DNA from: Planctomycetota bacterium | GTDB taxonomy: Bacteria; Planctomycetota; Phycisphaerae; Sedimentisphaerales; CAYZTY01 | Assembly: GCA_043816955.1 (NCBI GenBank) | Contig: JBDRHL010000221.1 | Location: 590-64,589, forward strand | Reading direction: 5' to 3' | Length of the DNA: 64,000 nt | In this document: one piece after another, positions 10,582 to 21,127 of the stretch | Layout of the letters: every line of letters begins with the position of its first letter | Position numbering within the stretch: position 1 is the first letter of the stretch | Notes under the pieces: generated by a model | Databases searched by the model: none | What the model was told of the DNA's origin: nothing | What the model saw: the letters and a program-made list of their open reading frames with translations, nothing else | Program-made: the position numbers and the translations under genes

Positions 10582-11934
10582 ATGTTTAACATAAAAAACG
10601 AAAAGCAGTTGTTTATAGACGACTTGTTGATTGAAGAACATCAAGGCCTGTCGTTTACCGTAAATCGCCCAGTTAAAACATATAACAAGATTTTAACAGC
10701 GACCCAGCCATGGGAAAGCTGGATGATTGGGCCATGGTGTACCATTATCGAAGATGATGGTATTTATCAGATGTGGTACGAATCATATTTCATGGATGAA
10801 AATAACAAGAGGACAGGCAGGCTTTGTTATGCGGAGTCCGAGGATGGCCTGAATTGGAAAAAACCGGTGCTTAATCTTGTGCCTTTTGATGGTTCCACTG
10901 CCAACAATATTGTTTATCCGCTACAAGGAAACTTTTATCACGGCGGTACAGTATTCAAGGACCCGGTAGGAAAGCCACAGGAAAGGTACAAGATTATTTA
11001 TTTGATCGAGGGCAAGGGATTCGATTGCGTATGTGGTGCGTTTTCACCTGATGGTTTACGTTGGAAAACATATCAATCCAATCCGTTGCTTCGTATCAGA
11101 AGTGATACTCAAAATGTCTGTTTCTGGGATGACAGGCTTGCCAAATATGTGTGCTTCGTGCGACTTAATATGCCGCTTCATGACCCGAATATAATAAGGA
11201 CGATTGGCCGAAGCGAAACAGAGAATTTTGAAGATTGGCCCGATGCCGATCCGATTCTTTGCTTCAATGACCAGGATCCACCGGACGTGGACTTGTATAA
11301 TTCGGCTGCTTTTAAGTATCCTTATGCTCCAGAAGCATATTTCATGTTCACGAGTCTTTTCCACCATAAAGCCGACACACTTGATGTTCAACTGGCAGTC
11401 AGTCGTGATGGGATATCCTGGAAACGCCCCGATCGCAAACCTTTTCTTCCGCTCGGAGCCGAGGGAACATTTGACAGCAAAATGATTCATACATGTGTAG
11501 GGCAAATAAGAAAAGGAGATGAGTACTGGATTTTCTATCGCGGCACCGACAGAAAACATAGTGAACATGTGACAAATATGAGTTACGGGGGGATAATCAG
11601 CAAGGCGGTTCTGCGGTTGGACGGTTTTATGTCTTTAGATGCTCAAGACCAAGGCTATTTTCTTACAAAACCGATAGTCTTTGAGGGGACTAAGTTGGAA
11701 CTTAATTACCAGACAGCCGGTGACGGTCATATTACTGTTGGGTTGTGCGATGAAAGGGGTGAACCGTTCAATGGTTATGCTTCAGCTGAATGTAATCTTA
11801 TCAAAGGTGACAAAACTGCCGCTGCCGTTTCATGGGGCGGCAAAAATGATGTTTCAAAGCTGTCAAGCCGCGTGGTACGGGTTAGATTTATTTTTAATAA
11901 GAGCAAATTGTATAGTTTTAAATTCTCGTCTTAA
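10582..11934 (+). CDS. Beta-propeller glycosidase-like protein (GH32/GH130-like fold, family uncertain)
   Basis: QLFIDD, repeated S-x-DG-x-x-W boxes, SDTQN and LRLDGFMSL. Confidence 0.65.
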   Translation: MFNIKNEKQLFIDDLLIEEHQGLSFTVNRPVKTYNKILTATQPWESWMIGPWCTIIEDDGIYQMWYESYFMDENNKRTGRLCYAESEDGLNWKKPVLNLVPFDGSTANNIVYPLQGNFYHGGTVFKDPVGKPQERYKIIYLIEGKGFDCVCGAFSPDGLRWKTYQSNPLLRIRSDTQNVCFWDDRLAKYVCFVRLNMPLHDPNIIRTIGRSETENFEDWPDADPILCFNDQDPPDVDLYNSAAFKYPYAPEAYFMFTSLFHHKADTLDVQLAVSRDGISWKRPDRKPFLPLGAEGTFDSKMIHTCVGQIRKGDEYWIFYRGTDRKHSEHVTNMSYGGIISKAVLRLDGFMSLDAQDQGYFLTKPIVFEGTKLELNYQTAGDGHITVGLCDERGEPFNGYASAECNLIKGDKTAAAVSWGGKNDVSKLSSRVVRVRFIFNKSKLYSFKFSS

Positions 11935-11951
11935 AGTACGAAGAAAAGATT

Positions 11952-12668
11952 ATGGGCAACAAACATGAAATAATGGTAAATAGTATCGGGATGAAGCTTG
12001 TTCTGGTCAAGGCAGGTAAATTTATTATGGGGTCATCCATTGAGGAATATGGCCGTGATAGTGATGAAGGACCCCAACATGAAGTGACGCTGACGAAAGA
12101 CTTTTTTATCGGTGTATGCCAGGTTACACAGGAACAATATCAGAAGGTAATGGGTGAAAACTTCAGCAAGTTTAAATGTCCTGAAAACCCCGTAGAAATG
12201 GTAAACAAGTACGAAGCGGAGTTGTTTTGTGAACGTTTATCTCAAGCAGAAGGTCTCAATTATAAACTTCCAACAGAGGCACAATGGGAATACGCTTGCC
12301 GGGCAGGCAGCGATTCATTGTATTGTTCAGGAGATGATCTGAAAAAAGTACGAGAATATGCATGGTTTGCTGATAATTCAGGAAATAAACCACACCCTGT
12401 TGGACTGAGAAAAGCCAACGCATGGGGTATAAATGACATGCACGGTAATGTTTGGGAGTGGTGTCAGGATAAATGGGATCAAAATGGTTATTGTTCAGAG
12501 GATTCAATTGATCCTGTTGGCACATTAGGTTATACAGATGTGATTCGCGGGGGGTGTTTTCATTGTAAACTACGGGCTCTTAGGAGTGCAAAACGGTTCG
12601 GCTACTATGCCGGCGGAAGATTTTACAGTATAGGTTTAAGGATAGTCTATGAATGTGTATATGATTGA
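11952..12668 (+). CDS. FGE-sulfatase/SUMF1 domain protein
   Basis: FIMGS, DEGPQHEV, LPTEAQWEYACRAG, DMHGNVWEWC, RGG and GLR. Confidence 0.85.
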   Translation: MGNKHEIMVNSIGMKLVLVKAGKFIMGSSIEEYGRDSDEGPQHEVTLTKDFFIGVCQVTQEQYQKVMGENFSKFKCPENPVEMVNKYEAELFCERLSQAEGLNYKLPTEAQWEYACRAGSDSLYCSGDDLKKVREYAWFADNSGNKPHPVGLRKANAWGINDMHGNVWEWCQDKWDQNGYCSEDSIDPVGTLGYTDVIRGGCFHCKLRALRSAKRFGYYAGGRFYSIGLRIVYECVYD

Positions 12669-14628
12669 TTGGATTATATTGTTAGGTAGCATTTTGGCGC
12701 TTATAGCAGCGGCTTACGCTACCAGAAAATTCTCAACAAGTGTTGCTGATTTCCTGGCAGCCAATAGGTGTGCCGGTCGTTATCTGCTGGCTGTAGCGGA
12801 AGGGCTGACAGCTTATGGCGTTATTGGCATAGTCGCTTATTTTGAGATGTATTACAAAGCCGGTTTTGTACCCGTTTGGTGGACGCTCAGTTGCATGCCT
12901 GTTAGCCTGATAATATCTATAACTGGATGGGTAATTTATCGATTCAGGCAGACAAGGGCTCTCACGCTTGCGCAATTTCTTGAGGTTCGCTACAGCAGAA
13001 AGTTCCGTATTTTCGCCGGCATGGTAGCTTTTTTGTCTGGAATAATAAATTTTGGTATTTACCCCGCTGTTAGCGCACGGTTTTTTATATATTTCTGTGG
13101 CTTACCCGATACGGTAAATATCCTTGGAATAGGATTTCCTACTTTTGCTTCTGTTATGTTAATCCTGCTGGCGGTATCTCTTTATTTTACTTTCGTCGGA
13201 GGACAGGTCTCGGTAATTGTAACAGATTTTTTACAGGGACTATTCGGCAATATTGTACTGGCAGTAGTGCTTATAGTTGTAATGTTGCAGTTTGATTGGA
13301 CGAAAGTTGTTACTGCTTTGGCCACCGCTCCCGAAAATTCTTCTATGCTCCATCCAATGCATACCGGAGATGTAAAGGATTTTAATGTATGGTTCTTTTT
13401 GATATGGGCGTTTGCCGCATTTTATAACTGGATGAGTTGGCAGGGCTGCCAAGCTTACAATTCTTCTGCCAAAAATGCCCACGAGGCAAAAATGGCAAAG
13501 ATACTTGCCCACTGGCGCGGACTTATCGTAATGGTTGTTGCGCTTCTTCTGCCTATATGTGCTTATACTATAATGCATCATCCTGAATATGCAATACAAG
13601 CAGGCAGGGTAAATGACGTACTTTCACGCATAGGAAATATGCAGATCAGAGAACAGATGACTGTGCCTGCAGCAACCGCATTGATGTTGCCAAAGGGGCT
13701 GCTTGGTGCGTTTTGTGCCGTTATCCTAATGGCATTTATTGCTAACACGAATACATATATGCATTCATGGGGAAGCATTTTTGCACAGGATATTGTTTTG
13801 CCGATGCTGAAAAAACCTCTAACAACAAAACAGCATTTGTGGCTTCTAAGGGGGTCTATTTTCGGGGTAACTGTATTTGTATTCTTTTTCAGCTTACTCT
13901 TCAAACAAACTCAATACATTTTAATGTTTTTTGCAATAACATCAGCAATTTGGATGGGAGGCTCAGGCTCGGTTATTATCGGAGGATTATATTGGAAAAG
14001 GGGTACGACATTAGGTGCTTATTGTTCTCTTATTGTAGGCTCTGTTCTTGCGGTCGGAGGCATTGTTGCTGAACAACAGTGGCCAAAAATCTACGATGGT
14101 GCATCTTTCCCAATTAATGGCCAGTATATGTTTTTCATTGCCATAATGTCTTCAATAACAACTTACATTATAGTCTCACTGTGCGATGTAAAAAATAAAT
14201 TTAATCTTGATCGCATGCTTCACCGGGGAAAATATACGTTGGGAGAGGATAGCATTGACGAGGGAGCACCGGAAACAGGCTTAAAAGCTCTCAGGTTTGG
14301 TAGTCTCGGGACATTTGGTGATAAATTTATATATGCCGTACTGTTGATATGGACACTTGGATGGACAGCCATATTCCTTGTGGGAACAGTATATAATTTA
14401 ACCCATGACGTATCAGTGGAAGCATGGGCAAAATGGTGGAAATTTTATATATGGCTGATGTTCTGGTGTGGCATTATTGTAACTATATGGTTTTCCATCG
14501 GTGGTATACGAGACATGAAACAAATGCTTACAAGCCTTATGACAAAAAAGAGCGACGAACATGACGATGGCTCTGTAGTGGACCATCACAACCTTGATGA
14601 GGACTTCTCAGAAGAGAAACTTACGTAA
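12649..14628 (+). CDS. Sodium:solute symporter family transporter
   Basis: Many TM helices; DFLAANR, TLAQFLEVRYS, GG..SVIVTDFLQG and GLYWKRGT. Confidence 0.9.
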   Translation: MNVYMIDWIILLGSILALIAAAYATRKFSTSVADFLAANRCAGRYLLAVAEGLTAYGVIGIVAYFEMYYKAGFVPVWWTLSCMPVSLIISITGWVIYRFRQTRALTLAQFLEVRYSRKFRIFAGMVAFLSGIINFGIYPAVSARFFIYFCGLPDTVNILGIGFPTFASVMLILLAVSLYFTFVGGQVSVIVTDFLQGLFGNIVLAVVLIVVMLQFDWTKVVTALATAPENSSMLHPMHTGDVKDFNVWFFLIWAFAAFYNWMSWQGCQAYNSSAKNAHEAKMAKILAHWRGLIVMVVALLLPICAYTIMHHPEYAIQAGRVNDVLSRIGNMQIREQMTVPAATALMLPKGLLGAFCAVILMAFIANTNTYMHSWGSIFAQDIVLPMLKKPLTTKQHLWLLRGSIFGVTVFVFFFSLLFKQTQYILMFFAITSAIWMGGSGSVIIGGLYWKRGTTLGAYCSLIVGSVLAVGGIVAEQQWPKIYDGASFPINGQYMFFIAIMSSITTYIIVSLCDVKNKFNLDRMLHRGKYTLGEDSIDEGAPETGLKALRFGSLGTFGDKFIYAVLLIWTLGWTAIFLVGTVYNLTHDVSVEAWAKWWKFYIWLMFWCGIIVTIWFSIGGIRDMKQMLTSLMTKKSDEHDDGSVVDHHNLDEDFSEEKLT

Positions 14629-14631
14629 ACT

Positions 14632-16161
14632 ATGTGCAATAAAGGTAAATATAAAATCTATATCGCAGGGTTGTATCAGGAAACCAATACATTTTGCCCG
14701 GACACAACAGATATGCGCCTTTTTGAACGAGGCTACTATCTCAAGGCCCACGCAATTGCGGACAGACTAAATGGAACCAATACCGAGATTGGTGGTTTTT
14801 ATGAATTGTTCAAAGATGACCCTTCCGTTGAACTAATCCCGGGCGTCGCTGCATGGGCCGTGGCGTCCGGCAAGATTGAAAATCAAACACTTGAGGAAAT
14901 ATTAGATGATATCGTCACTTCCTTAAAAGCTAATCTCCCGGTTGACGGCGTGCTTTGGGCTCTTCATGGCGCGCTGGTTAGCCAAGATAAGGATGACTGT
15001 GAAGGTTATATTATTTCCAAAGTTAAAGAGCTTCTAGGCCAGCAAATCCCCGTTGTATGTACACTTGACTATCATGCAAATGTAACCGCTGAAATGGTTG
15101 ACGCTGCCGATTGTCTTGTCGGCTACAGAACATATCCGCATACTGATTTTCAGCAAACCGGGCAAAAAGCCGCACAAGTGCTGTATTCGCTGATAACCGG
15201 TAAGACCAGATATAGCAAGCTCTTCGAGGTGTTGCCCCTTATTCTGCCGGTGGAAAACACCGAAACCCAAAGCGGCCCCCTTGCTTCGATAATCCAGAAA
15301 TTAAATCAGCTGGATCAAGATAAAGATATTATCTCTGCATCATTTTTCTGTCCTCATCCATGGCTGGATATTTACGATTATCATCTTTCGTTGCTGGTTT
15401 ATTACAAAAGTCAGAGCGCAACTAAGTATAAAGAATTTGCCGCAGAAACGATGAAACAGATCTGGTGTAACAGGGAAGAGTTTTTCGTACATTATCCCAG
15501 CATAGATGATCTTCTATGCACAATTGATTCCTATAAAAAACCTATTATACTTGTCGATTCAGGCGATGTTACCAGTGCCGGGGGTGCCGGGGACAGTACC
15601 GAAATTTTACGAGCGTTAATCAGTAAAAACTCGAACCTAAATTCAATCCTCACTATCGTTGATCCCTTGACTGTCCAGCGTGCCATTGAAATCGGTGAAG
15701 GAAATAAGGAGCAGTTTTCTGTTGGTGGAAAAGCCGGGTTTAAATACAATAGTAGAATTCCCTTGGTTGCACAGGTCATAAAGATATCTGATAGTCCGGT
15801 CAAGGTCAAAGGCGCATCTTTTTCAGGATTGAGCCTCAATATGGGTAGGCGTGTTCTTCTCGAAATAGCCCCTAAAATCAGCATTATAGTCTCTGAGTAT
15901 ACATCCTTGATACATGACGCTGAAATTGTAAGAAGCATGGGATTAAAACCTGAACAAGCGGATGTTATTGTGCAGAAATCACATAAGCTTTTCAGGGCAT
16001 CATATAAGGATATTGCTAAATCTATAGTGATTCTCGATACCCCAGGTTTTACAGACATGAATTTGAAGAGACTGCCATATAAGAAAGTTCAAAGACCAAT
16101 TTACCCACTGGATGATTTCTGTGAGTGTCCACAGGAAAGGATTTTGACGCATGATAATTGA
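14632..16161 (+). CDS. MlrC-like M81 metallopeptidase/amidohydrolase
   Basis: QETNTF, ALHGA, LDYHAN, YRTYPHTD and RPIYPLD. Confidence 0.85.
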   Translation: MCNKGKYKIYIAGLYQETNTFCPDTTDMRLFERGYYLKAHAIADRLNGTNTEIGGFYELFKDDPSVELIPGVAAWAVASGKIENQTLEEILDDIVTSLKANLPVDGVLWALHGALVSQDKDDCEGYIISKVKELLGQQIPVVCTLDYHANVTAEMVDAADCLVGYRTYPHTDFQQTGQKAAQVLYSLITGKTRYSKLFEVLPLILPVENTETQSGPLASIIQKLNQLDQDKDIISASFFCPHPWLDIYDYHLSLLVYYKSQSATKYKEFAAETMKQIWCNREEFFVHYPSIDDLLCTIDSYKKPIILVDSGDVTSAGGAGDSTEILRALISKNSNLNSILTIVDPLTVQRAIEIGEGNKEQFSVGGKAGFKYNSRIPLVAQVIKISDSPVKVKGASFSGLSLNMGRRVLLEIAPKISIIVSEYTSLIHDAEIVRSMGLKPEQADVIVQKSHKLFRASYKDIAKSIVILDTPGFTDMNLKRLPYKKVQRPIYPLDDFCECPQERILTHDN

Positions 16162-17074
16162 TCGATTTAATAAAAGCAAAATAGGCTTTGTTGGTCTTGG
16201 TAACATGGGTAGCGGTATTGCACGAAATATCGCAAGAGCAGGATTGGATATTATGGTATATGATAGCAATTCCGATATACGTGATAAATTCGCTGAGATA
16301 TATAAAGTTGCTAAAAATTTCGAGCAGCTATTCAATTTTTCAGATTTACTGATGCTTTCTTTACCTGGTTCACCTGAAGTTGAAAATGTTGTTGCTGAAT
16401 TCATGAAAACAGATGTAAGAGGGAAAGTTGTTATTGACTTGAGCACAAGCGATCCCTATTCTTCTATCGAATTACATAAAAAAATGCAGCAGGCAGGAGG
16501 ACATTTTATGGATGCTCCGCTTAGCGGTGGTCCCCGAAACGCTGCCGAGGGAACATTGAATACTATGGTTGGCGGCGAAAGAGAACTATACGAAGAGCTG
16601 CTTGGCTTATTCAAAACATTTGCTCGCGATACGTTTTATGTCGGACAGCCAGGTTCAGGAAATACAATCAAACTGGCATCAAACTATATTTCTATTCTAT
16701 ATATAAATCTTTATGCCGAGATTATACCATTTGTTGAAAAAATGGGTGTCGACCCGAATGAACTTTTCAAGGTCGTTTCTGTTAGCGGTGCGAACAGCCC
16801 TATATTCCAATTGGTCGCGCCAAAAATAATCAACCAGAAACATGATATGTCCTTTCGAATGTCTCTTGGCATTAAAGATTTAAGTTACATAAAAAAACTT
16901 TTCGATCAAACAAGAGCCCATTCGGCCATGCTTGATGGAGCATTATCAATGTTCGAAGATGCGATTAACCAGGGAATTGATCAGGAAGATATATCCGCAA
17001 TTGTAAAAGTGGTTAGGAATTCTGTTAAGACACCAAAACAGCATGCTAAGATGTTAAAGGAGAGAACGAATTGA
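16151..17074 (+). CDS. NAD(P)-dependent beta-hydroxyacid dehydrogenase (HIBADH/GarR family)
   Basis: GFVGLGNMG, DAPLSGG, MVGG and GSGNTIKL. Confidence 0.85.
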   Translation: MIIDRFNKSKIGFVGLGNMGSGIARNIARAGLDIMVYDSNSDIRDKFAEIYKVAKNFEQLFNFSDLLMLSLPGSPEVENVVAEFMKTDVRGKVVIDLSTSDPYSSIELHKKMQQAGGHFMDAPLSGGPRNAAEGTLNTMVGGERELYEELLGLFKTFARDTFYVGQPGSGNTIKLASNYISILYINLYAEIIPFVEKMGVDPNELFKVVSVSGANSPIFQLVAPKIINQKHDMSFRMSLGIKDLSYIKKLFDQTRAHSAMLDGALSMFEDAINQGIDQEDISAIVKVVRNSVKTPKQHAKMLKERTN

Positions 17075-18891
17075 AAAGGTCAAATGCCAACAAATATATT
17101 GTCTCGATATTGATACTATTTATGTTTGTATCAGCGAAAGCTAACTGGCCGTTGCCGAAAAAAAAAGTAATAGAATACGGCCATGGTTCGCCTGATGAGA
17201 ACACTCTCGCAAAAAACATACGAGAAATGGAGAAACGTCCGTTTGATGGTATAATTTTTCGGCTCAATGGCTACCTAAAAGCTTTTGACCATGAAAACAG
17301 GTGGGATGCCAATGATATAGCAAGGCGTTGCCAAACCTTGAAGAGCATTAAATGGGAAAAATTTACAGACAATTTTATGGTGCTCCGTGTTGCATCTGAG
17401 ATGGATTGGTACAATGATAAACACTGGGATAATATAACGCACAACATAACACTTTTCACAAAAGCCGTTGTTGCCGGCCGCTGTAAAGGCATTTGTCTTG
17501 ATCCCGAGCCTTATGGCCATTCACCCTGGGCCTATGATGCTGAAAATCATATAGCCACCCACCGCAACAGCAAGACTTATCAGGAATATTGCAAACAGGT
17601 CCGCAAGCGTGGCTTTGAGTATATGCAGGCCATTCAATTAGTGAAACCTGACATTTGTATCCTTACTTTTTTTCAACTTAGCGAATATTACAAAACGCTC
17701 AGCGATTCGGCACATACTGCGGCTACGACAGACAACGACCTTGAAAAACATTACTATGCGATGATGTACGCATTTCTTAACGGTATGCTTGATGCCGCTG
17801 GTCCTGGTGTGACGTTCATAGATGGTAATGAGAACGCCTACTATTATACCAAAAGTTCCGAATTTGATCGGATTTATGTCAATATAAAACAGCGTTACCG
17901 CTATCTGATTGCTCCAGAAAATCGCGATAAGTATAATGCGCAGATGCAGGTCGGTTCAGGATTATTCACGGATCTATATTTTTCTACATACCGCTGGCCA
18001 GCCGATGCAATAGGTTCATTCCTTACGCCTCAACAGCAGCTTAAGTTTTTTGAGCAGTTACTGTATTATGCACTCGATACCGCGGATGAATATGTATGGG
18101 TGTACAGTGAAGAAATTGACTGGTGGACAAATAAAAATGTTCCGGCAGGTGCTTACGACGTGATAAGTTCAGTTAAGGACAAAATAGCAAACCTCCAGAA
18201 GCTTGGTTTCAACATGGATAAGGTTATTGCCGACGCAAAGGAACGTCAGCAAGAGGTGCTTTTCGGCGATGTTGCACCGAGAAATACACAAATACACAAG
18301 GTCAGTGATGTTGTTCCTCTTATAGATGGAAACATTATTGATGATGTTTTCTGGCAGCAGATTCAGCCGTTAGAACCTTTCGTGCCTATCAATCGAATGA
18401 TGAAAGAAAAGACCACATATCAGACTGAAGCGAAACTCGCCTGGGATGATAACTTTTTATACGTGGCAATGAAATGTATTGAGCCGAATATCAAAAGAAT
18501 AGGCATAGTTGGTAATGGGCACGATGGCGGGATCTGGGGCGGTGATGTTGTTGAGTTTTACATTTGCCCAGGCCTGGCAGATAAGCCAATATATCATTTT
18601 GCCTTGAACCCAGCCAATGTACAGTGGGATGCTATAACCGAAAAGGATGAAGAAGTGCTGTCCTGGAACGCTGACTGGCAAAGCGGTGTTAAAATTAATT
18701 TGGACAATTGGACTGTTGAAATGGCAATTCCATGGAATGCTATTGGAGGCATCCCAAAACATGGAGAACACCGTAAGGGTAATTTGACGCGTCAAAGAGA
18801 TCCAAGGCCTAAAGAGCTTAGCTCATGGACACCGCTGCAACGCTACTTTAATGAATCGCAAAATTATGGTAAGTGGTTATTTTGTAAGTAA
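17071..18891 (+). CDS. Secreted PFDG/DxExY family protein with C-terminal CBM9-like domain
   Basis: Signal peptide; KKVIEYG, PFDG, LDPEPY, IDGNE, DEYVWVY. C-domain has PLIDG, WDDNFLY and WTVEMAIPW. Confidence 0.75.
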   Translation: MKRSNANKYIVSILILFMFVSAKANWPLPKKKVIEYGHGSPDENTLAKNIREMEKRPFDGIIFRLNGYLKAFDHENRWDANDIARRCQTLKSIKWEKFTDNFMVLRVASEMDWYNDKHWDNITHNITLFTKAVVAGRCKGICLDPEPYGHSPWAYDAENHIATHRNSKTYQEYCKQVRKRGFEYMQAIQLVKPDICILTFFQLSEYYKTLSDSAHTAATTDNDLEKHYYAMMYAFLNGMLDAAGPGVTFIDGNENAYYYTKSSEFDRIYVNIKQRYRYLIAPENRDKYNAQMQVGSGLFTDLYFSTYRWPADAIGSFLTPQQQLKFFEQLLYYALDTADEYVWVYSEEIDWWTNKNVPAGAYDVISSVKDKIANLQKLGFNMDKVIADAKERQQEVLFGDVAPRNTQIHKVSDVVPLIDGNIIDDVFWQQIQPLEPFVPINRMMKEKTTYQTEAKLAWDDNFLYVAMKCIEPNIKRIGIVGNGHDGGIWGGDVVEFYICPGLADKPIYHFALNPANVQWDAITEKDEEVLSWNADWQSGVKINLDNWTVEMAIPWNAIGGIPKHGEHRKGNLTRQRDPRPKELSSWTPLQRYFNESQNYGKWLFCK

Positions 18892-18921
18892 TGGAACAAA
18901 TTTGTTGGATAAATAATTAGA

Positions 18922-20175
18922 ATGGAGACAAAACTGGCAATTAACGGCGGCAGAGCGGTTATACAAACTGCTTTGCCTACTATCAAAAACCGGTCGGGAA
19001 GACTGATCGGTGACGAAGAGCTAAGACTGGTCAGCGAGGTCATCAAAAGTGGTAATCTTGCCTACATCTATGGCGATAAAGTCAATAAATTTGAACGGCG
19101 ATTTGCGGATATACTTGGCGTAAAAAACGCTGTAGCTGTCAGCAGCGGAACTGCTGCATTACATACTGCTATGATTTATCTCAATCCCAATCCAGGTGAT
19201 GAGATTCTTGTTTCACCTGTTACAGATATGGGTTCGGTTATTCCCATTCTATATCAACAAGCCGTTCCTGTTTTTGTAGATATTGATCCTTTAACTCAAA
19301 ACATGGACCCTCGTTACATAGAAGACAATATTTCGCCGCGGACAAAGGGCATAATCGTAACACACATCTATGGCAGTCCTGCGGATATGGACTCTATTAT
19401 GGAAATAGCTGACAGGCACAATCTTTTTGTAATTGAGGATTGTGCCCAAGCACATATGACAGAATACTGCGGCAAACTGGTTGGTACTTTAGGACACATC
19501 GGTTGTTTCAGTTTTCAGCAAAGCAAGCACATTACTACAGGTGACGGCGGCATAGTTATTTCAAACGAAGATAATAGATTCGAACGCGGTTTACGCCAAT
19601 GTTTCGATAAGGGCTGGCCGAGGCATAAGCCAGGAAGGGATCACTATTTCCTGGCCCCTAATTATCATATGACCGAATTACAAGCTGCTGTAGGATTAGC
19701 CCAGATTGAAAAATATAATATTTCGATCGATGCCAGACGTCGCTCTGCTGCAATGCTGGATACCCTCCTTGCCAGCGAGGATATTATAACTCCTGTAGCA
19801 ACGCTGCCGAATTGTAAACAAACCTATTTCTACTATTGTTTTACAGTTGACTTACCTCGCCTCAAGGTCGAAGGACAGGAAATAGCTGATGCACTCACAG
19901 CCGAAGGATTGTATACTGAACTGGGTTATCCGGGCCCTATCCCTCTTTATTTGTATCCAGTTATAAAGGACAAACAGACTTTTGGCAGTTCCGCCTGGCC
20001 GTTTAATTCGCCAAACGCCAGAAAGATATGGAATTATGAACAGGGATTATGTCCTTTGGCCGAGAAGGCCTGTAAGGAAACGATTGTTGTACCCTGGAAC
20101 GAAGGCTTGAAAGATAAAGATGTGGAGTTGATTGCCAGGGCAATCATTAAGATTATTGATAACTATAAAAATTAG
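18922..20175 (+). CDS. DegT/DnrJ/EryC1/StrS family PLP aminotransferase
   Basis: SSGTAALH, IEDCAQA and FSFQQSKHITTGDGG. Confidence 0.9.
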   Translation: METKLAINGGRAVIQTALPTIKNRSGRLIGDEELRLVSEVIKSGNLAYIYGDKVNKFERRFADILGVKNAVAVSSGTAALHTAMIYLNPNPGDEILVSPVTDMGSVIPILYQQAVPVFVDIDPLTQNMDPRYIEDNISPRTKGIIVTHIYGSPADMDSIMEIADRHNLFVIEDCAQAHMTEYCGKLVGTLGHIGCFSFQQSKHITTGDGGIVISNEDNRFERGLRQCFDKGWPRHKPGRDHYFLAPNYHMTELQAAVGLAQIEKYNISIDARRRSAAMLDTLLASEDIITPVATLPNCKQTYFYYCFTVDLPRLKVEGQEIADALTAEGLYTELGYPGPIPLYLYPVIKDKQTFGSSAWPFNSPNARKIWNYEQGLCPLAEKACKETIVVPWNEGLKDKDVELIARAIIKIIDNYKN

Positions 20176-20201
20176 AATTGTTTAGAAAGGCTGCGTTGAA
20201 A

Positions 20202-21101
20202 ATGGAAAAAGGAATCGTAGTAGCATTAATTACCCCCCTTACTGAGGATGAAAACATTGACATACCAAGTCTTGGAGGGTTGTTGGAATGGGTATTGAGC
20301 CATGATATTAAGGGCTTGTTTGTAGCTGGTACAATCGGAGAAGGACCAGCACTGCGGGACAGACAGCGGTATACGCTCTTTTGTGAAACTGTGAAATATA
20401 CTAAAGGCCGTGTGCCCGTTCTGGCAAATGTTTCAGATATGAGTACTCAACGTGTTATCGACCAGGTTAAATTAGCTGTCAAAGCCGGCGCAGATGCAGT
20501 GGTAACTACTCCAAGATTTGGTTTCCCCCCAAGGACTTCATGTGAAAGCTTTAGACATGTAAAAGCTATTGCATCATATTCTTCTGTGCCTGTGTGGTTC
20601 TACGAAAATCCATCCACTACGCCGGTAACCAACAGCTTTCAGACGATCTGCCAGATACTCGATCTGGAAAATGTAACGGGACTTAAATACAGTGGTCCAA
20701 GTAGAGAGGTTTTTAAGACATTTGTTACTGAACTAGCTGAAAGCGTACCTGTAATGACAGGAAATGTTTTTGATATAACATATGCTGCATCAATCGGAGC
20801 AACCGGAGCTATTTCGGGGATAGGCAGCCTGGCCCCCGGCCTCTGTATTAAAGCCTTCGAAACAGGCCGTACCGGCACACCAGAAGAAGCACAAAAAATC
20901 CAGGATGCCATAGAATCCTTGTATTCAATTTATGGCGGCAAAGGATGGCCATTATGGCCCACTGCACAGAAGCACGTCCTGATGAAGCGGGGTATAATAA
21001 AAACTAATTTTTCGACCGCTCCGTTTTTAAGGCTTACAGCCGAAGAGGAAACAAAAATTGACCTGGCCATGGAAAATATTGATCCGGAACTCTCGAGTTA
21101 A
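20202..21101 (+). CDS. DapA/N-acetylneuraminate lyase family aldolase/lyase
   Basis: ALITP, GTIGEG, FYENP and GLKYS (Schiff-base Lys). Confidence 0.85.
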   Translation: MEKGIVVALITPLTEDENIDIPSLGGLLEWVLSHDIKGLFVAGTIGEGPALRDRQRYTLFCETVKYTKGRVPVLANVSDMSTQRVIDQVKLAVKAGADAVVTTPRFGFPPRTSCESFRHVKAIASYSSVPVWFYENPSTTPVTNSFQTICQILDLENVTGLKYSGPSREVFKTFVTELAESVPVMTGNVFDITYAASIGATGAISGIGSLAPGLCIKAFETGRTGTPEEAQKIQDAIESLYSIYGGKGWPLWPTAQKHVLMKRGIIKTNFSTAPFLRLTAEEETKIDLAMENIDPELSS

Positions 21102-21127
21102 TTAAATTTTTATAGTGAACGTTCTCA

